From the human T2T-CHM13v2.0 reference genome, Homo sapiens, in the NCBI RefSeq assembly GCF_009914755.1, contig NC_060947.1: a stretch of 64,000 nucleotides of DNA; one strand, written 5' to 3'. Below, one piece after another: positions 35,030 through 58,579 of the stretch. Each line of letters begins with the position of its first letter. Position 1 is the first letter of the stretch. Under the pieces are notes generated by a model that worked only from the letters and a program-made list of their open reading frames with translations, had not been told where the DNA came from and made no database searches. A program made the translations under genes and the position numbers.

Positions 35030-36300
35030 TAATAATCTCAGGTAAACTGGGGGGAAATACAGCACACATACAGAAGCCCAGACAGAACTCATACCCACAA
35101 AAGACCAGGGAAGCCCTTAAGCATTGACTCCTGACTGATCTCAAAGCTCAACAACCCCCTAGTTAGTAAAGGCCTTCATAGCAGTCTTCAAAGACTGGGA
35201 TAGATGTTATATTGTAATGTTCCATTTCCAACAAAAGATGACAAAGAATATAAAGAAATAGGGGAAGATGGCCATTCAAATGAATAAATTAAATTTCTAG
35301 ACACAGTCTCTGATGAGACATTCAACAGACTTATTAGACAGAAACTTTAAAACAACTGTCTTACATATATTCAAAAAGCCAAAGGAAAATAGAAACAAAG
35401 AACTAAAGGAAGCCTGGAAAACATTTTATGAACAAAATGAGAATATAAACAAAAAGATAGAAACTATATAAAAAATTCTGGAGCTAAAAATACAATAAAA
35501 GAATTGAAAAATTCACTAGAGGTATTTATCAGCAGACTCAAACAGGGAGAAAAAAGAATCAGTGAGTTTCAACATAGGTCATTTGAAATCATTGAGTCAG
35601 AAAAAAAAAGAAAAGAAATGGAAGAAAGTGAACAGGGCCTAAAGGGATTTATAAGACATAATTGAGTGGCCTAATATACACATTGTATGAGTTCCAGAAG
35701 AAGAAGAGATACAGAAAAAGGAAAGATTATTTGAAGAAATATGGCTGAAAGTTTACCAAATCTGAGGAAAGATATGAATGTACAAATTCAAGAAGCTCAA
35801 TGAACTCCAAGTAGGATAAACCAGAAATACACCTAGACACTTTATAGTCAAGCTGTTAAAAGCAAAAGACAATGAGAAAATCCTGAAAGCACCAAGAGAA
35901 AAGTGACTCATCACATTCAAGGGATTCTCCAATATCAGCAGATTACTCAGCAGAAACCTTACAGTCCAGAAGACAGTGGGATGACATTCTTAAAGTATTA
36001 AAAGAAAAAATCTGTCTAATGAGAATTCTACAACCATCAACACTATACTTTAAAAATAAAAATGAGGTAGAAATTAAGACATTCCCAGATAAATAAAAGC
36101 TGAGGTAATTCATTATCATTAGACTTGCTCTATGAGAAATGCAAAGAAAGTCCTTCAAGTTAAAATAAAAAGATACTTGACAGTAACACAAAGCTATCTG
36201 ACAGTAAAAGGTCTCAGGTAAAGATGTCCATATAGATACATAACCAAATATTATTGTAATATTGTAATTTGTAATTTTGTAATTAATATTGTAATTTTGG
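35030..36300 (+). mobile_element. Old L1M 5' region/ORF1
   Basis: A-rich ORF1-like sequence (CAAATTCAAGAAGCTCAATGAACTCCAAG, CTCAGCAGAAACCTTACAG). Confidence 0.8.
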
Positions 36301-36339
36301 TTTATAACTTTGCTTTTAATTTTTGACAGGATTTATAAG

Positions 36340-36912
36340 ATGTTTGAAGTTTTTCCTCTTTTTTGATATAGGCACTTATAAATACAAACCTCCTTCTTAG
36401 TACTGCTTTTGCTGTATCCCATGGGTTTTTGTATATTGGGTATTCATTATCATTTGTTTCAAGAAGTTTTTCAATTTCCTTCTTAATTTCTTCATTGACC
36501 TGCTGGTAATTTGGGAGCATATTATTCAATTTCCATGCATTTGTGTAGTTTCCAAAATCTCTCTTGTTACTGATTTTCAGTTTTATTTCCTTTCTACTCT
36601 ACTCTGGTACTGAATTCAATGCCTCACAACTGTGTTCTCCCTCCCACAGTGCCCAGAGATGCTCTCTGTACCATGCTGCACTGCCACAGGGTGGGGGAGG
36701 GAATGGAGTTGGTGACTCCAGTCAGGTCTGTTTTTTGCTATCTTTTCAGTGCCTCTTTCAGCAATATGAAGTTAAAACCAGGTACTATGAGTGCTCACTT
36801 GATTTTTGGTTCTTATGAAGGTGTTTTTTTGCTGTGTAGATTGTTGTTAAATTGGTGTCCTTGTAGGTGAAATGATCAGTGGAGCCTTTATTCTGCCATA
36901 TTGGTCCGCCTT
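36340..36912 (-). mobile_element. L1 (L1MA/L1M1-2-like): 5'UTR start fused to an ORF2 fragment
   Basis: Minus ORF NEEIKKEIEKLLETND...PWDTAKAVLR; right end reads GGACCAATATGGCAGAATAAAGG on minus strand. Confidence 0.75.
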
Positions 36913-36988
36913 ACAAAAAACAAAAATAAAATGTTTAAAGAAGGAAAATCTACAATCAATATTCTAAGCTTTTAAGAATATGAAAACA

Positions 36989-37287
36989 GGCTGGGCACAG
37001 TGGCTCATGCCTGTAATCCTAGCACTTTCGGAGGTTGAGGTGGGTAGATCACCTGAGGTCAGGAGTTTGAGACCAGCCTGGCCAACATGGTGAAATACCA
37101 TCGCTACTAAAAATACAAAAATTAGCCAGGCATGGTGGTGTGTGCCTGTAATCCCAGCTACCCAGGAAGCTGAGGCAGGAGAATCGCTGGAACCCGGGAG
37201 GCAGAGGCTTCAGTGAGCCAAGATCATGCCACTGCACTCTAGTCTGGGTCAGAGAGTGAGACTCCATCTCAAAAAAAAAAAAAAAAG
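36989..37287 (+). mobile_element. AluSx-like
   Basis: Full Alu with GATCACCTGAGGTCAGG and poly(A). Confidence 0.96.
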
Positions 37288-37289
37288 TA

Positions 37290-38079
37290 AAGAAAATATA
37301 GCATCACACCAAACACAAAATAAGTAGGAGGAAGAAAATAATAAAGAACAAAAAATAAACGAGTAAAATTGAAAACACAAATATATAGAAAAAATAATAC
37401 TTAAAACTAATCTTGATTCTTGGAGAAGATCAACAAAATTGATAAAAGTTCATGATGAATAAGGAAAAAAGAGAGAAGACACAAATTATCAAAATCAGGA
37501 ATGAAAATGGGAACAATATCAAAGAACCCATAGATATTAGAAGATTTATAAAAGAATATTATGAAAATCTTTATACCAACAAATAATAAAACTCAGATAA
37601 AATGTACAAATTCTGACAAAGACATAAATTACCAATTGTTTCTAAAAAAATAGACCATATGAATAGGCCTCGGTCAAATAAAAAGTTGAATTCCAAACTT
37701 AAAAGCTTCTCACAATGAAAGCCCAGGCCTATGTGGCATCTCTGGTGGAATCTATTATTTAAAAGAAATACAGTGTACTCATCACCCAAATAGTGTACAT
37801 TGTACCCATTAGGTAGTATTTAATCCCTCATCTCACTCCCAACCATCCCACCTTTTGTAGTCTCCAACGTCTGTTATTCCACTCTGTATGTCCACATGTA
37901 CACATTGCTTAGCTCCCAGTTTTAAGTGAGAACATGTGGATTTTGACTTTCTGTTTCCGAGTCATTTCACTTAGGATAATGCCTCCAGTTCTAGCTGTAC
38001 TGCTGTAAAACATATGATTTTATTCTTTTTGTATGGTTGAGTAGTATTCCATAGTGTGTGTATGTATGTGTGTGTATAT

Positions 38080-38139
<60 letters not shown>

Positions 38140-39550
38140 CATTTTAAATCCAATCATCCCAGTTAGAGTGGCCATTATTTAAAAGTCAAAAAACAACAGA
38201 TATTATTGATGCTCAAATTGTACCATATTTGTCTGGTGGAAGCCTCTTGAAGTTGGCTCTTGAGTTCCCTTGAAACCCCAACATTATCACCACATAATAT
38301 ATCCATGTAACACAACTGCACTTGTACCCCTAAATCTAGAAGAATAAAATAATAATAAAGGCAATGGATGGAAACATAGTAACTATGTTTGAATCTATGA
38401 GTTCATAATAACATTTTAAAAACAAATAATCCCGTTTAAAAGTGAGCAAAGGACATGAATAGACATTTCTCAAAAGAAGATATACAAATGGCCAACAAAC
38501 ATATTAAAAAATGCTTGTTTAAGTTGTTTGTTGTTTGTGTCACCTCATTTTATAAGGTCTATACTACTCTGATAATACTATCAAAGACATAACAAAAAGA
38601 TAAAATTATAAAACAATATTTCTAATACATTTTAAGAAATCTTAATAAAATATCAGCAAATAAAATTTAGAAGTGTATAAAACATTTCTATATTGTAAAA
38701 AAGGAGTCTTTTGCAGGAATGCAAAGTTGACTTAACAAACAAAAAAATTGATGTAATATACTGCAATAGAATACAATGCAAAAACCACATCAACTTCTTT
38801 ATAGATGAAGAAAGATCATTTGACAAAAATCTAATTCTCAGTCATGATGAAAATTCTCAAAAACAAGGAATAGAAGAAAGCATTCTTATACTGGTAAAAT
38901 CATCTATTAAACAACCGCCATTAAAATCACACTTAATGGTAAAAGTCTAAGAAATTTCTCTATAAGATTAGTAAAAGAAAAGATGTTCACTCTTGCCATT
39001 TATGCTCAACCGAAAGTTTCAGCCAAGACAGTCATGCCAAAAAAGAGAAACTAAAGGCATACGGACTGGAAAAAGAAGTAAAATTGTATTTATTCTCATG
39101 TGACAGAATCTCATATGTTTTTTTAAAACAAAAAAAAAAAATCCCAAGATTCTGTTGGACAAGTGGTTGTTGAAAAAAGAATCCCAAGGAACTTACCAAA
39201 AAACTACTAGAACTACCAAAACTAATAAGCAAGTTTAACAAGGTCACAGAAACCCATGATTAGCACATAAAAATAGATTGTATCATTATATAATAGCAAT
39301 GAACAAGTCAAAAAATATTAAGAAAAAATTCCATTCACAATAACATCAGAATAATGTAATTTTTAGAAATAAATTAAAGCAAAAGTCCAACACCTGAACA
39401 CTAAAACTGACAAACATTGATGAGATAAAGTAAATTATATATATAAAATGCACATGGATTGGAAGATTCAACATTAAGAAAACAACTTTTTTCTAAAATT
39501 GATGTATAAATTTAAGGTAGTCTATAAAATAATCTCAGCAGATATTTCTG
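37290..39550 (+). mobile_element. Old L1M ORF2, interrupted by a patchwork of L1 fragments at 37770-38520
   Basis: Decayed ORF2 (GAGAAGATCAACAAAATTGATAAA; KNHINFFIDEERSFDK). Confidence 0.75.
38054..38137. repeat. (TG)/(TA)n microsatellite inside an antisense L1 3' fragment
   Basis: Direct reading. Confidence 0.97.
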
Positions 39551-40759
39551 GGTTTACAAAGACATGGGTAAATGCATAGTCACCTACCTCCCAAAATTTC
39601 TTCTCCAAGGTATATGAAATAACACAGGGAAAAGTTAAATCCTAAGCCAAAATATGCTCCAACATAACTTGAAGACAAAAAATGCCAAAACTGCAAATAA
39701 TTGTGAATAATGATAAGTAAATTATCAAATCAAAGTGTATGATCTTGCTTACCTTCACCCCATTCCTCCCCTCATGAAGGATTTGTGGCAAGCAAAGGAA
39801 AATCATGAAAAACTGTAGAGAACACAGAAGAGGGAGGCCAATAAGGGGGCTATAGGTGACCTGGATTAACTGCCAAAAGGATTGTCCAACACAATTCTGA
39901 AAATACTGGAAGACTATCTGGGAAGATCAGAACATTGACTATAGGGATGATATTTTAAAGGATGTGTGCCTTTAAAAGATGATTTAAAGAAGTAGAAGCA
40001 CATTAAAAGGCACAATAAGCCAGCACTCTTCAAAATGTGTAGGTTCTGGATAATGACAAAAGATGCCAAAGGAAAACGGAAGAATCCTACAGCAACTGGG
40101 TGGTGAAAAGTAGAAAAAGGAAAAGGGGGAAAATAAGGCTTCTACAAAAAAAAAAAAAAAATAGAACCATAAAACTGGAGGATTTACAAATTGCCCCCCC
40201 ACCCACCCAGCCTTGCCCCAAATTTAGGATTCTGCGAGAGAAAACAGAGCTATAAAACTGGAGAATTTACAACCCCTTACACTATTATAGCAAACAAAGA
40301 AACAAAACCCTGAGCATGTATCTGGACTGTGCTGTATTGACAGATAATTTCATGCTTCAACTCCAAATCCTCTCAAACATGACAATACCACAAAAGTGAA
40401 CAAAAGGAAGCTCAGCAAGTCCATACAAAAATACTGCAAAATATCAGGTAATAAAATTTTACCCATATCAAATGAAATGTTCCATAATAAACAAACATGG
40501 AACAAAGAAACGATAAGTTAATAGTTCATAAATAAGTACACTCAAACAAGCACTTGAGAGTATAAAAAACACTACCTTGCATCAGAAATTAGAAAACTAA
40601 ACTCAGATATAAACAAAATAAACATGAAAAAGAGTTTACTGAACTTACAAAGCATATCTCATAAGCAAAGACTATGCTGAAACATGCCCAAGAGGTAATA
40701 AACTCAAGTGAGTAATGGCAGTACAAATAACAAATGAAAACACTGAAGTTTGGTTCAAG

Positions 40760-42620
40760 CCAGCCAATAGATGCAGCTAGAATATGCCTCCTTGGAGAAG
40801 AACCAAAATAGCAAGTAGGTATTCACACTTCAAATAGATAATCTAAGAGAGAACATTGGGATTCAAGGGAGAAATGACAGGAAGCACTGAAAGCAAAGGA
40901 GAGGGAATCTAGGTAGCCTGCTCAGCCAGAATGGGCTAGGACCTGGAAGAGGCACACAGACATGAGGAAGGGGTAAGTGGGAGTCCCCCAGGGCTCCATA
41001 TTCCCAATACAGACTATCATAATCCCAGTTACAGGAGAACTACTTGACCCATGCAGACCTCAAGACTAATATAAGGAGATTCCTAGAGATTGTGCAAAGG
41101 CATTTCTCCAAAGAGATAACTAAGTCCCAAAGGCTTCTGAGCCCCAAGCAGCTGCAGCTTGGTGCCATTCTGAGAGTTAAGCCCCCAAGAGACTGTGTGC
41201 TGTCCCGGGGTTGATGCCATTGCTGCTGCCCCAGGCCAAGGAGGGAAAGGAGAGGGCAAGCATTTTTACTCATTGCAAACACAAATTCCACCACTGCTGC
41301 TGCAAGCTGCTATGGGACCAAAGTGCAAGCAAACCACACTCCCCACTGTTGTCCACCTATGCTGCTCCTGCTGAGAAGGGCCTCACCATCCCTGATCACA
41401 GGCCCACAGCTAGCACCATTATGAGAGCCTAGACTCAAAAGGGCTGCATCCTGCCCTGAGTCCTGGGCTGCTGCTGCTGCTGCTTCCACTGCTGGGCCAA
41501 GGAGGAAAAGGGGGGAGGCCAGGCACTTTCACATGATGCAAGGACAAATTCCACCACCATTGCTGTGGGCTGCTGTGAGACCAAAGCACAAACAAACCAT
41601 GCTCCCCACAGCTACCTGCCTACACTGCTCCAGCTGGAAAGGACTATGACCTTCCTGATTGCAGGCCCAGAGCCAGCACCATTCTGAGAGCCTATACTCC
41701 AAAAGGCTGTGTTCTGCTCTGGGGCTAGGGCTGACAATGCCACTGCAGCTACTGGGCCACACTGGGAGAGGGAATACTGGGCACTTTCACATGCTATGAA
41801 GATAAATTCCACCAATGCTACTGTGGGATGCTGTGGGATAAAAATGCAAGGAAACCATGCATCCTACAGCTACCTCCCTACATTGATCTCGCTAAGAATG
41901 GCCTCACCCTCCCCAGTGGAAGGCCCACAATGCAGCCACTGCTGCCTACACCTGAGTATCCTTCTGGCAGCCGGGGGACCACCCTGTTCCTACCAGTCAA
42001 AGCCAGCACTTGAATGGACTACCAGGGAGCCTGAGAACAAGTCCACTCATCCAGTCCTAACTTATCAGTATTCAAGCATGCTATCAGGGGCATGGAAACC
42101 ACCCAGCCAAGTCCACCAACATTGGTACCTGAACACCCCTCCTGGTGTATAAAGTTGGGCCAAAAAAACCTACCAATACCATCACAGCTGACACCCACCC
42201 ACATGTACCACCAATGGGCCAGGTGACTAATCCACCCAACCTGTCATAGCCACTGCCAACACCATCATAAACTACTTGGGTTCCAATAGGTTGCTCCACC
42301 ATCACTACTGCCGTTGTGCACATCATAACCACTCTCTAGAGACTCAAGAAGTCACCAACATGCCCAGATTATCATTGCTACTACCAGCAAATGAGCAAGC
42401 CACTTAGAGGACCAGGAATCAGCCCACCTGAACCTACATACACAGATGCCAACATATGCCACCCTGAGGCCCAAATACAGGCATGTTCAACCCACCACTG
42501 ACACTACTGGCACCTGAAGACTGGCCCATCAGGCATACAAGAACTTCACCACAGCCTCCATTAATAACTATACTCTAAGCCACTGAGTTCATCACAAATA
42601 CTACTAACACTGTTTATAGC
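40760..42620 (+). mobile_element. Old L1 5'UTR (L1M1/L1M2-type) with about three internal ~290-bp repeats
   Basis: CAAATTCCACCAC...GCTG motif at about 41283, 41547 and 41804; AGCCAATAGATGCAGCTAG...GAAGAACCAAAATAGCAAGTAG start. Confidence 0.7.
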
Positions 42621-42936
42621 TGAAAATAATGGCTATTACTAAAAAGACAAAAAATAACAGATATTGGTGGGGATGTGGAGAAAAGGGAATACACTGATGG
42701 TGAGAATGTAAACTATTATAGCCACTATGGAAAACAATATGGAGATTTCTTTAAAAACTAAAAATAGAATTACCATTCAATTCAGCAATCTCACTACTGG
42801 TCATCCAGCCAAAGGAAAAAAAAATCAATATATCAAATGGATACCCACTCTCACATTTTTACTGCAGCACTATTCACAATGGTGAAGATATGTAATCAAC
42901 TGCAGTGTCCATTAATTGTGAATGGATAAAGAAAAA

Positions 42937-42975
<39 letters not shown>

Positions 42976-43110
42976 GAAATACTAATTGGCCATAAAAAAG
43001 AATAAAATCATGTCATTTGCTGAAACATGGATGGAACTAAAGGACTTTATCTTAAGGTAAATAAGCCAGGCACAAAAAGACAAATATCATATGTTCTCAC
43101 ATATTTGGGA
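42621..43110 (+). mobile_element. L1MA-type 3' end containing (CA)n at 42939-42973
   Basis: GCCACTATGGAAAAC, ATGGATGGAACT, CACAAAAAGACAAATATCATATGTTCTCAC. Confidence 0.85.
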
Positions 43111-43111
43111 C

Positions 43112-43306
43112 CTAATCAAGTCTCCAGATGAGTACTCAGCCCTGGGCAACACCTTAATTGCAGCCTATGAGAACTAGTCAGAGGATCCACCTAAGCCAGC
43201 CCCACATTGCTGAGTCACAACAGCTGGGAGATAATGAATGTATGTGTGTTGTTTTACGCTGCTAAATTTGTGGTACTTTGTTATGCAGCAACAGATAATT
43301 GATACA
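43112..43306 (+). mobile_element. MLT1 LTR 3' fragment
   Basis: CACCTTAATTGCAGCC...AAATTTGTGGTACTTTGTTATGCAGCAACAGATAATTGATACA. Confidence 0.75.
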
Positions 43307-43385
43307 AAATGAGTCACAAGATAACCAGGATAATTAACTTAGCAGGATCAGCTCTGAAACATATTTTTGTAAAAGTAGTATTATT

Positions 43386-45750
43386 GGGGGCAGGGCCAAG
43401 ATGGCTAACTAGAAGCAACTAATGTGCACCACTTTCATGGAGAGAAGAAAAAGTGGTGAGTAAATACTAGATCTTCAACTGAAACATCCAGGAAGACAAA
43501 GAAACAACTCAACCCACAGAGAATGGAGAGGAGCGAGACAAGATGACTGCCCACCTGGGAGTAGCATCAAGCCAGGGGAGGTTTTTCCAGCACAGGGAAA
43601 TGGTGAGTGAGTGAAAGTCCCTGGAGATCCATACTTTTCCCACAGACCTTTGCAACCTTCATGAGCCCTCATGAGCCCATGCCACTGGGGCCTTTACACT
43701 GATATGCAGAGCTACATGGAGTCTGGGCAGCACCACTGTTCAGGTACACGTGGAGTCCCAGAAGCCTTGGATCCCCAGGCATCCTGGTATTGGTGGCTGC
43801 ATCTCCAGCAATGGAGGAAGTCAGGCTCCCTCGTGTGCACTCAGGAAATGTGCCAAATACATAGGGCTGAACAGCGAGAGCCTGCAGGCCTTGCCTCTGC
43901 TGCACCTCGGAGGATAAGACTCACTGGTCCGGGACTCCAGCCACCCACTGCTAGAGCTCTCAGGCCAGTATCAGCTCTGAACTCTGGGATGGAGCACCCA
44001 CAGGGAGAGGCAAGCCATTATTTTTGCTGTCTTGCAACCCTCACCACTGTTGCCTTCAGGCTCTGGAGACTGTGTGGTGGTTAGGGACTGTCACAGATCC
44101 TGAGCAAAATGCAGCCACCCCACAGAAAAACAGACAGACTGTTAGTGCACAGATCCATGATCCTGCTTCTCCTCACTGGGCAGGACCTTCCGACCAGGGA
44201 CTCCAGCCCACCCCCTGTCAGGGCTCTCAGGCTAGCAGCAGCTCTGCACTTCCCTGGGACAGAGCTCCCACAGGGAGAAGCAGGCCACCAGTTTTGCTGT
44301 CTCACAGTCCTCACCATTGTTCCCTTCAGGCTCCAGGGAGTGAGCAGTGACTAGAGACTGGGGCATATCACCAGCTGATGCAGCCACTCCACAGAAAAAG
44401 TGGCAAGACTATTTTCTACATGGGTCCCCAATCCTGCTTCTCCTTACTAGGCAGGGCCTTCCAACCTGGGACTGCAGAACATCTACCCTGCTCCCACACG
44501 AATACTTTGGTTAAAGACAGTTCTTCAGTTCTCTGAGGAGAAAATCCCCGAAACAACCCACAACTCCTCCACCATTGCAGCTGCACTGGTAGCACCCTAA
44601 CAGCCCTAGGGTAGGGAAGGAACAGAGGACCTAGTCACTATGTTGGAACCTCCAGAACACCACAGCCGCCACACAAAGAGGCAGCCAGTACTTCTTCCCT
44701 GTGAGCCCCTACCCCCTACTATTTAGGGTCCCTGTATCAGGACCACAGATGAGCCACCCCACCCACAGCTGACCATACCCACTAGTAGTGGCTCTAAGTT
44801 TCCCTGGAGAGGAGTCCCAGAGGCAACCAAACTAAGTTTCACGAGTGAAAGAAAAATAAGATCCTTTTCAGACAAGTAAATGCTAAGGAAATTCATTACC
44901 AACAGATCTGCCTTTCAAGAGGTCCTAAAAGGAGTGTGAAATATGGAAAGGAAAAACCATTAGAAGCCATGCCACAACAAAAACACACTTAAGTACACAG
45001 ACCAATGACATTAGAAAGCACCACACAAACAAGTCTGCATAATAACCAGCTAACAACATAGTGAAAGGAACAAATCTGCACACATTAATACTAACATTGA
45101 ATGAAAATGGGCTAAATGCCCCAATTAAAAGGCACAGAGTGGCAAGCTGAATAAATAAAGAATAAAGAAGCATGATCCAATGGCATGCTGTGACCAAGAG
45201 ACCCATCTCACATGCAATGACACAAATAGGCACAAAATAAAGGGATGGAGAAAAATCTACCAAGAAAATGGCAAATAGAAAAAAAGTAGGAGTTGCTATC
45301 CTAATTTCAGACAAAACAGACTTTACACCAATAAAGATCAAAAAAGAAAAAGAAGAGCATTGTATACTGATAAAGGATTCAATTGAACAAGAAATCTAAC
45401 TATCCTAAATATATATGCCCCCAACACAGGAGCACCCAGATTCATAAGGCAAGTTCTTAGAGACCTACAAAGAGACTTAGATGACTACACAATAATACTA
45501 GAAGACTTCAACACCCCACTGACAGTATTAGACAGATCATCAAAGCAGAAAATTAATAAAGATATTCAGGACCTGAACTCAATATTTGACCAAATGGACC
45601 TAATAGACATCTACAGAAGTTTCTACCCAAAACAACAGAATATACATCCGTCTCATTGCCACAGGGCACATACTCTAAAATTGACGGGACAATCAAACAT
45701 AAAACAATGCAAAGCATATTCAAAAAACAAAAACAAAAACAAAATCATAC
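43386..45750 (+). mobile_element. LINE-1 (same family as 4345-10050): 5'UTR joined to the end of ORF1, then ORF2 endonuclease region
   Basis: GGGGGCAGGGCCAAGATGGC start; shared monomers; junction at about 44827; MDLIDIYR peptide. Confidence 0.9.
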
Positions 45751-47205
<1,455 letters not shown>

Positions 47206-47215
47206 CTCACAAATA

Positions 47216-47588
47216 TAGTCATACAACACATAATGATGTTTTGGTCAACAATGAACTGCATATACAATGGCAGTCACATAAGATTGCAATGCAGCCGTAA
47301 AATTCCTATTACTTTTTGATGTTGTAGCTGTTATAACGACATAGATCAAGACATTACCACACATTACCTTTTCTAAGTTTAGAAACACAATACCATTGTT
47401 ACAATTGCCTACAGTATTCAGTACAGTAACATGCTGTATAGGTTTGTAGCCTAGGAGTAATAGGCTATACAATACAGCCTAAAAGTACAGTAAGCTATAC
47501 CATCTAGGTTTGTATAACACACTCTATGATGTTTGCACAATGATGAGATCACCTAATAACATATTTCTCAGAATATACTCCCATCATA
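47216..47588. mobile_element. Tigger3 (Tc1/mariner DNA transposon) non-autonomous fragment
   Basis: AGTCATACAACACATAATGATGTTTTGGTCAAC start; GGTTTGTAGCCTAGGAG...CATTTCTCAGAA-like end. Confidence 0.8.
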
Positions 47589-47599
47589 AATGGGCAAAT

Positions 47600-49198
<1,599 letters not shown>

Positions 49199-50132
49199 GG
49201 AGTGATATTACCAAGATGGCAGAATAGAATAGAAGCAATCTGTCTTCACTTACCTCCAAAGAAAGCAAAACAAACAAACAAAAACAAAAACAAACAAACA
49301 AAAACAAACAAATAATATCTAGCATCAAGATTTCAACCAGAAATATCTATAACTAAAATCTGATGCTGGGATTTCCCCAGGAACACAGAGAAGTAAAAAG
49401 AACTTCAAGTGGACACTAAGAGGAACGGACTGTCCCCAAATCTGCTGGGCACTGTGCATAGACAATTCCCCCTGGACTCACAGTTTCTACACTAGAAAAC
49501 GTTAGACTGAAGCAGACAGTCAGCTTCCACACTATCTTGTACTCTCACAGGAAAAATGTTTCTGTCTCAACCCACAAAAATATTGTAAGGCCAATAGGGA
49601 TGAAAAATTTTGAGGGAAGCTAGAGACAAAGAAGGGAGATGTGACTAGCAACCCCAACCTGGAAAATTTTGCTCTTTATCCGAACCAAAAGGGATGCCAA
49701 ATAAGAGTGGCTTTCAGCAGCACCATGCTGGAGGAGGCATGCATCATGGGTACTTTGAGCAACAACTTCTAGCCAGCCTTCCCACACAACCAGGGTATTT
49801 CCTTTGGAAACCCCTTTATCTTGGATGACCAGTGCTCCAAACGTGACCAAGAATTGAGGCAATCCTGGGCTTAAGGTGCTATCTAGTGCCGAAAAGGAGG
49901 CAATGATCTAGGATTAAGGGTGCTCAACAGGCAAACTTCAAAGAACTTCTAAACAAACACACCATAGAAATACCAAAGCAAGCCAGCCAGCAAAGACTGG
50001 AATAAATCACTAATCTTTCATAGACAAAAGTCTAGAAAAAATAAAAGCAAACATAAAATCATAGCTTTCCCAAATGGACAAAGCAAGGAACCAGTGATTG
50101 ACCCTAGTGAGATGGCAATGTGTGAGCTTTTA
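49199..50132 (+). mobile_element. Old L1 5'UTR and ORF1 start, split by the younger L1PA; resumes at 56739
   Basis: CCAAGATGGCAGAATAG at 49211; TSD of the nested L1 lies within it. Confidence 0.7.
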
Positions 50133-56738
<6,606 letters not shown>

Positions 56739-56814
56739 GTGTGAGCTTTTAGATGAACAATTCAAAACAGCACATCTAAGGAAACTCAACAAACTCAAAG
56801 ATAAACCAGTAAGT

Positions 56815-57230
56815 AATTCAAATGCCCATCAATGATAGACTGGATACAGAAAATGTGGCACATATACACCACGGAATACCATGCAGCCATAAAAAAGGAT
56901 GAGTTCATGTACTTTGCACGGACATGGATGAAGCTGGAAACCATCATTCTTGGCAAAACAACACAGGAACAGAAAACCGAACACTGCACGTTCTCATTCA
57001 TAAATGGGAGTTGAACAATGAGAACACATGGACACAGGGAGGGGAACATCACACACTGCAGCCTGTCGGGGGGTTTGGAGCTAGGGGGTGGGATAGCATT
57101 AAGAGAAATACCTAATGTAGATGACAGGTTGATGGGTGCAGCAAACCACCATGATACCTACGTAACAAACCTGCATGTTCTGCACATGTATCCCAGAACT
57201 TAACATACAATTTTAAAAAGAAAAGAAAAG
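56815..57230 (+). mobile_element. 5'-truncated L1PA 3' end
   Basis: MIDWIQKMWHIYTTEY...KLETIIL, 3'UTR and A tail. Confidence 0.92.
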
Positions 57231-57234
57231 AATG

Positions 57235-58410
57235 GTAACCTGCAAAAGAAAACACTCAAAGACAAAAAATTCACTGGAAAATGTAAATACTAGATGTAGA
57301 TTGAGACAATAAAAAGCCAAAATGTGATAAGGATGAAGTTAGAGTACAGAGTTGTTTTTAGTTTTCCTTTGTTTGCTTCTTTCTATTCTTTTGTCTGTAA
57401 TTAAAATTAAGTTCTCATCTGTTTAAAATAACTTGCTACATCCATAAGACATTTTTTAAGTACTATGGTAACCACAAAGCAGAAACTTGCTATAGATACG
57501 CTAAAAAATAAAAAGGAAAAAATTAAAACATACCATCAGGTAAAATAACTTTTCCTGAAAGGGAAACAGTAAGAAAGAGAGAGTTACAATACAACCGGAA
57601 AACAAGGAACAAGCTGGTATTAGTAGGACTTTACATATCAAAAATAACTTTGAATGTAAATGGACTAAATTCTCCAATAAAAGACAGAGTGGACAAACAG
57701 CTAGAGAAACAAGACTCAATGATATGCTGCTTATAGGAAACTCACTTCACCTAAAAAGACACATAAAGACTGAAAATGAAGCGATGGAAACAGATATTCC
57801 ATGCATATGGAAACCAAAAAGGAACATGAGTAGCTGTACTTAGATAAAAGAGACTTCAAGTCAAAAACTATAAATAGAAACGAAGGTTAAATGATAAATA
57901 AATCAATTCAACAAGAGGACATATGAATTGTAAATATATATACAGCTAACACTGGAGCACCCAATTATATAAAACAAACAATAAATTTAAAGGGAGAAAT
58001 ACAACAAAATAATAATAGGAGACATTAACAGCCCAATCTCAGTAACAGACAGTTCATCCAGTGGGTAAATAAACAAAGAAATGTCAAAGTTAGCATTCTC
58101 TTGAAACAAATGAAAATGGAAACACAACATAGCAAAATCTATGGAATACAGCAAAAGCAGTAGTACTAAAAGGGAAGTTTAGAGCAATAAATGCCTACAT
58201 CAAAAGAGTGAAGAGATTTCAAAGAAAAAACCTAACAATGCACCTAAAGAACTAGAAAAGCAAGAATAAACTAAACTCAAAATTAGTAGAAGACATGATA
58301 AAGATCAGAGCAGAAATAAATTAAATTGATACTAAAACAAAAAAGTAATGAAACTAAAAGTAGGCTTTTTGAAAAAATAAACACAATTGACAAACATTCA
58401 GAAGGGCTAA
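57235..58410 (+). mobile_element. Old L1M inter-ORF and ORF2 start with internal deletion
   Basis: TTGAATGTAAATGGACTAAATTCTCCAAT (LNVNGLNSPI); AAATCTATGGAATACAGCAAAAGCAG. Confidence 0.8.
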
Positions 58411-58579
58411 CCAGAACTTTACTGTTCTAAGAATACCTCAAACTGGGACTTGTATGTTCCTTACATTATTTGGTCACCGAAAAGAGGTAGGCAGAGCTAA
58501 TGATATTAACTCCATTATGCTGACAAGGAAACCATGGTTTAGAGGAATCAAGGGGCCTTTAAAAGAAATCACAGATTTT

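Noticed and set aside
44815-44840. 5'UTR-to-ORF1 junction as a spliced L1 retrocopy
   Set aside because: The downstream side follows a CAG in intact copies, but the homologous upstream sequence in the sister L1 (about 5370) shows no GT donor; a plain deletion is simpler
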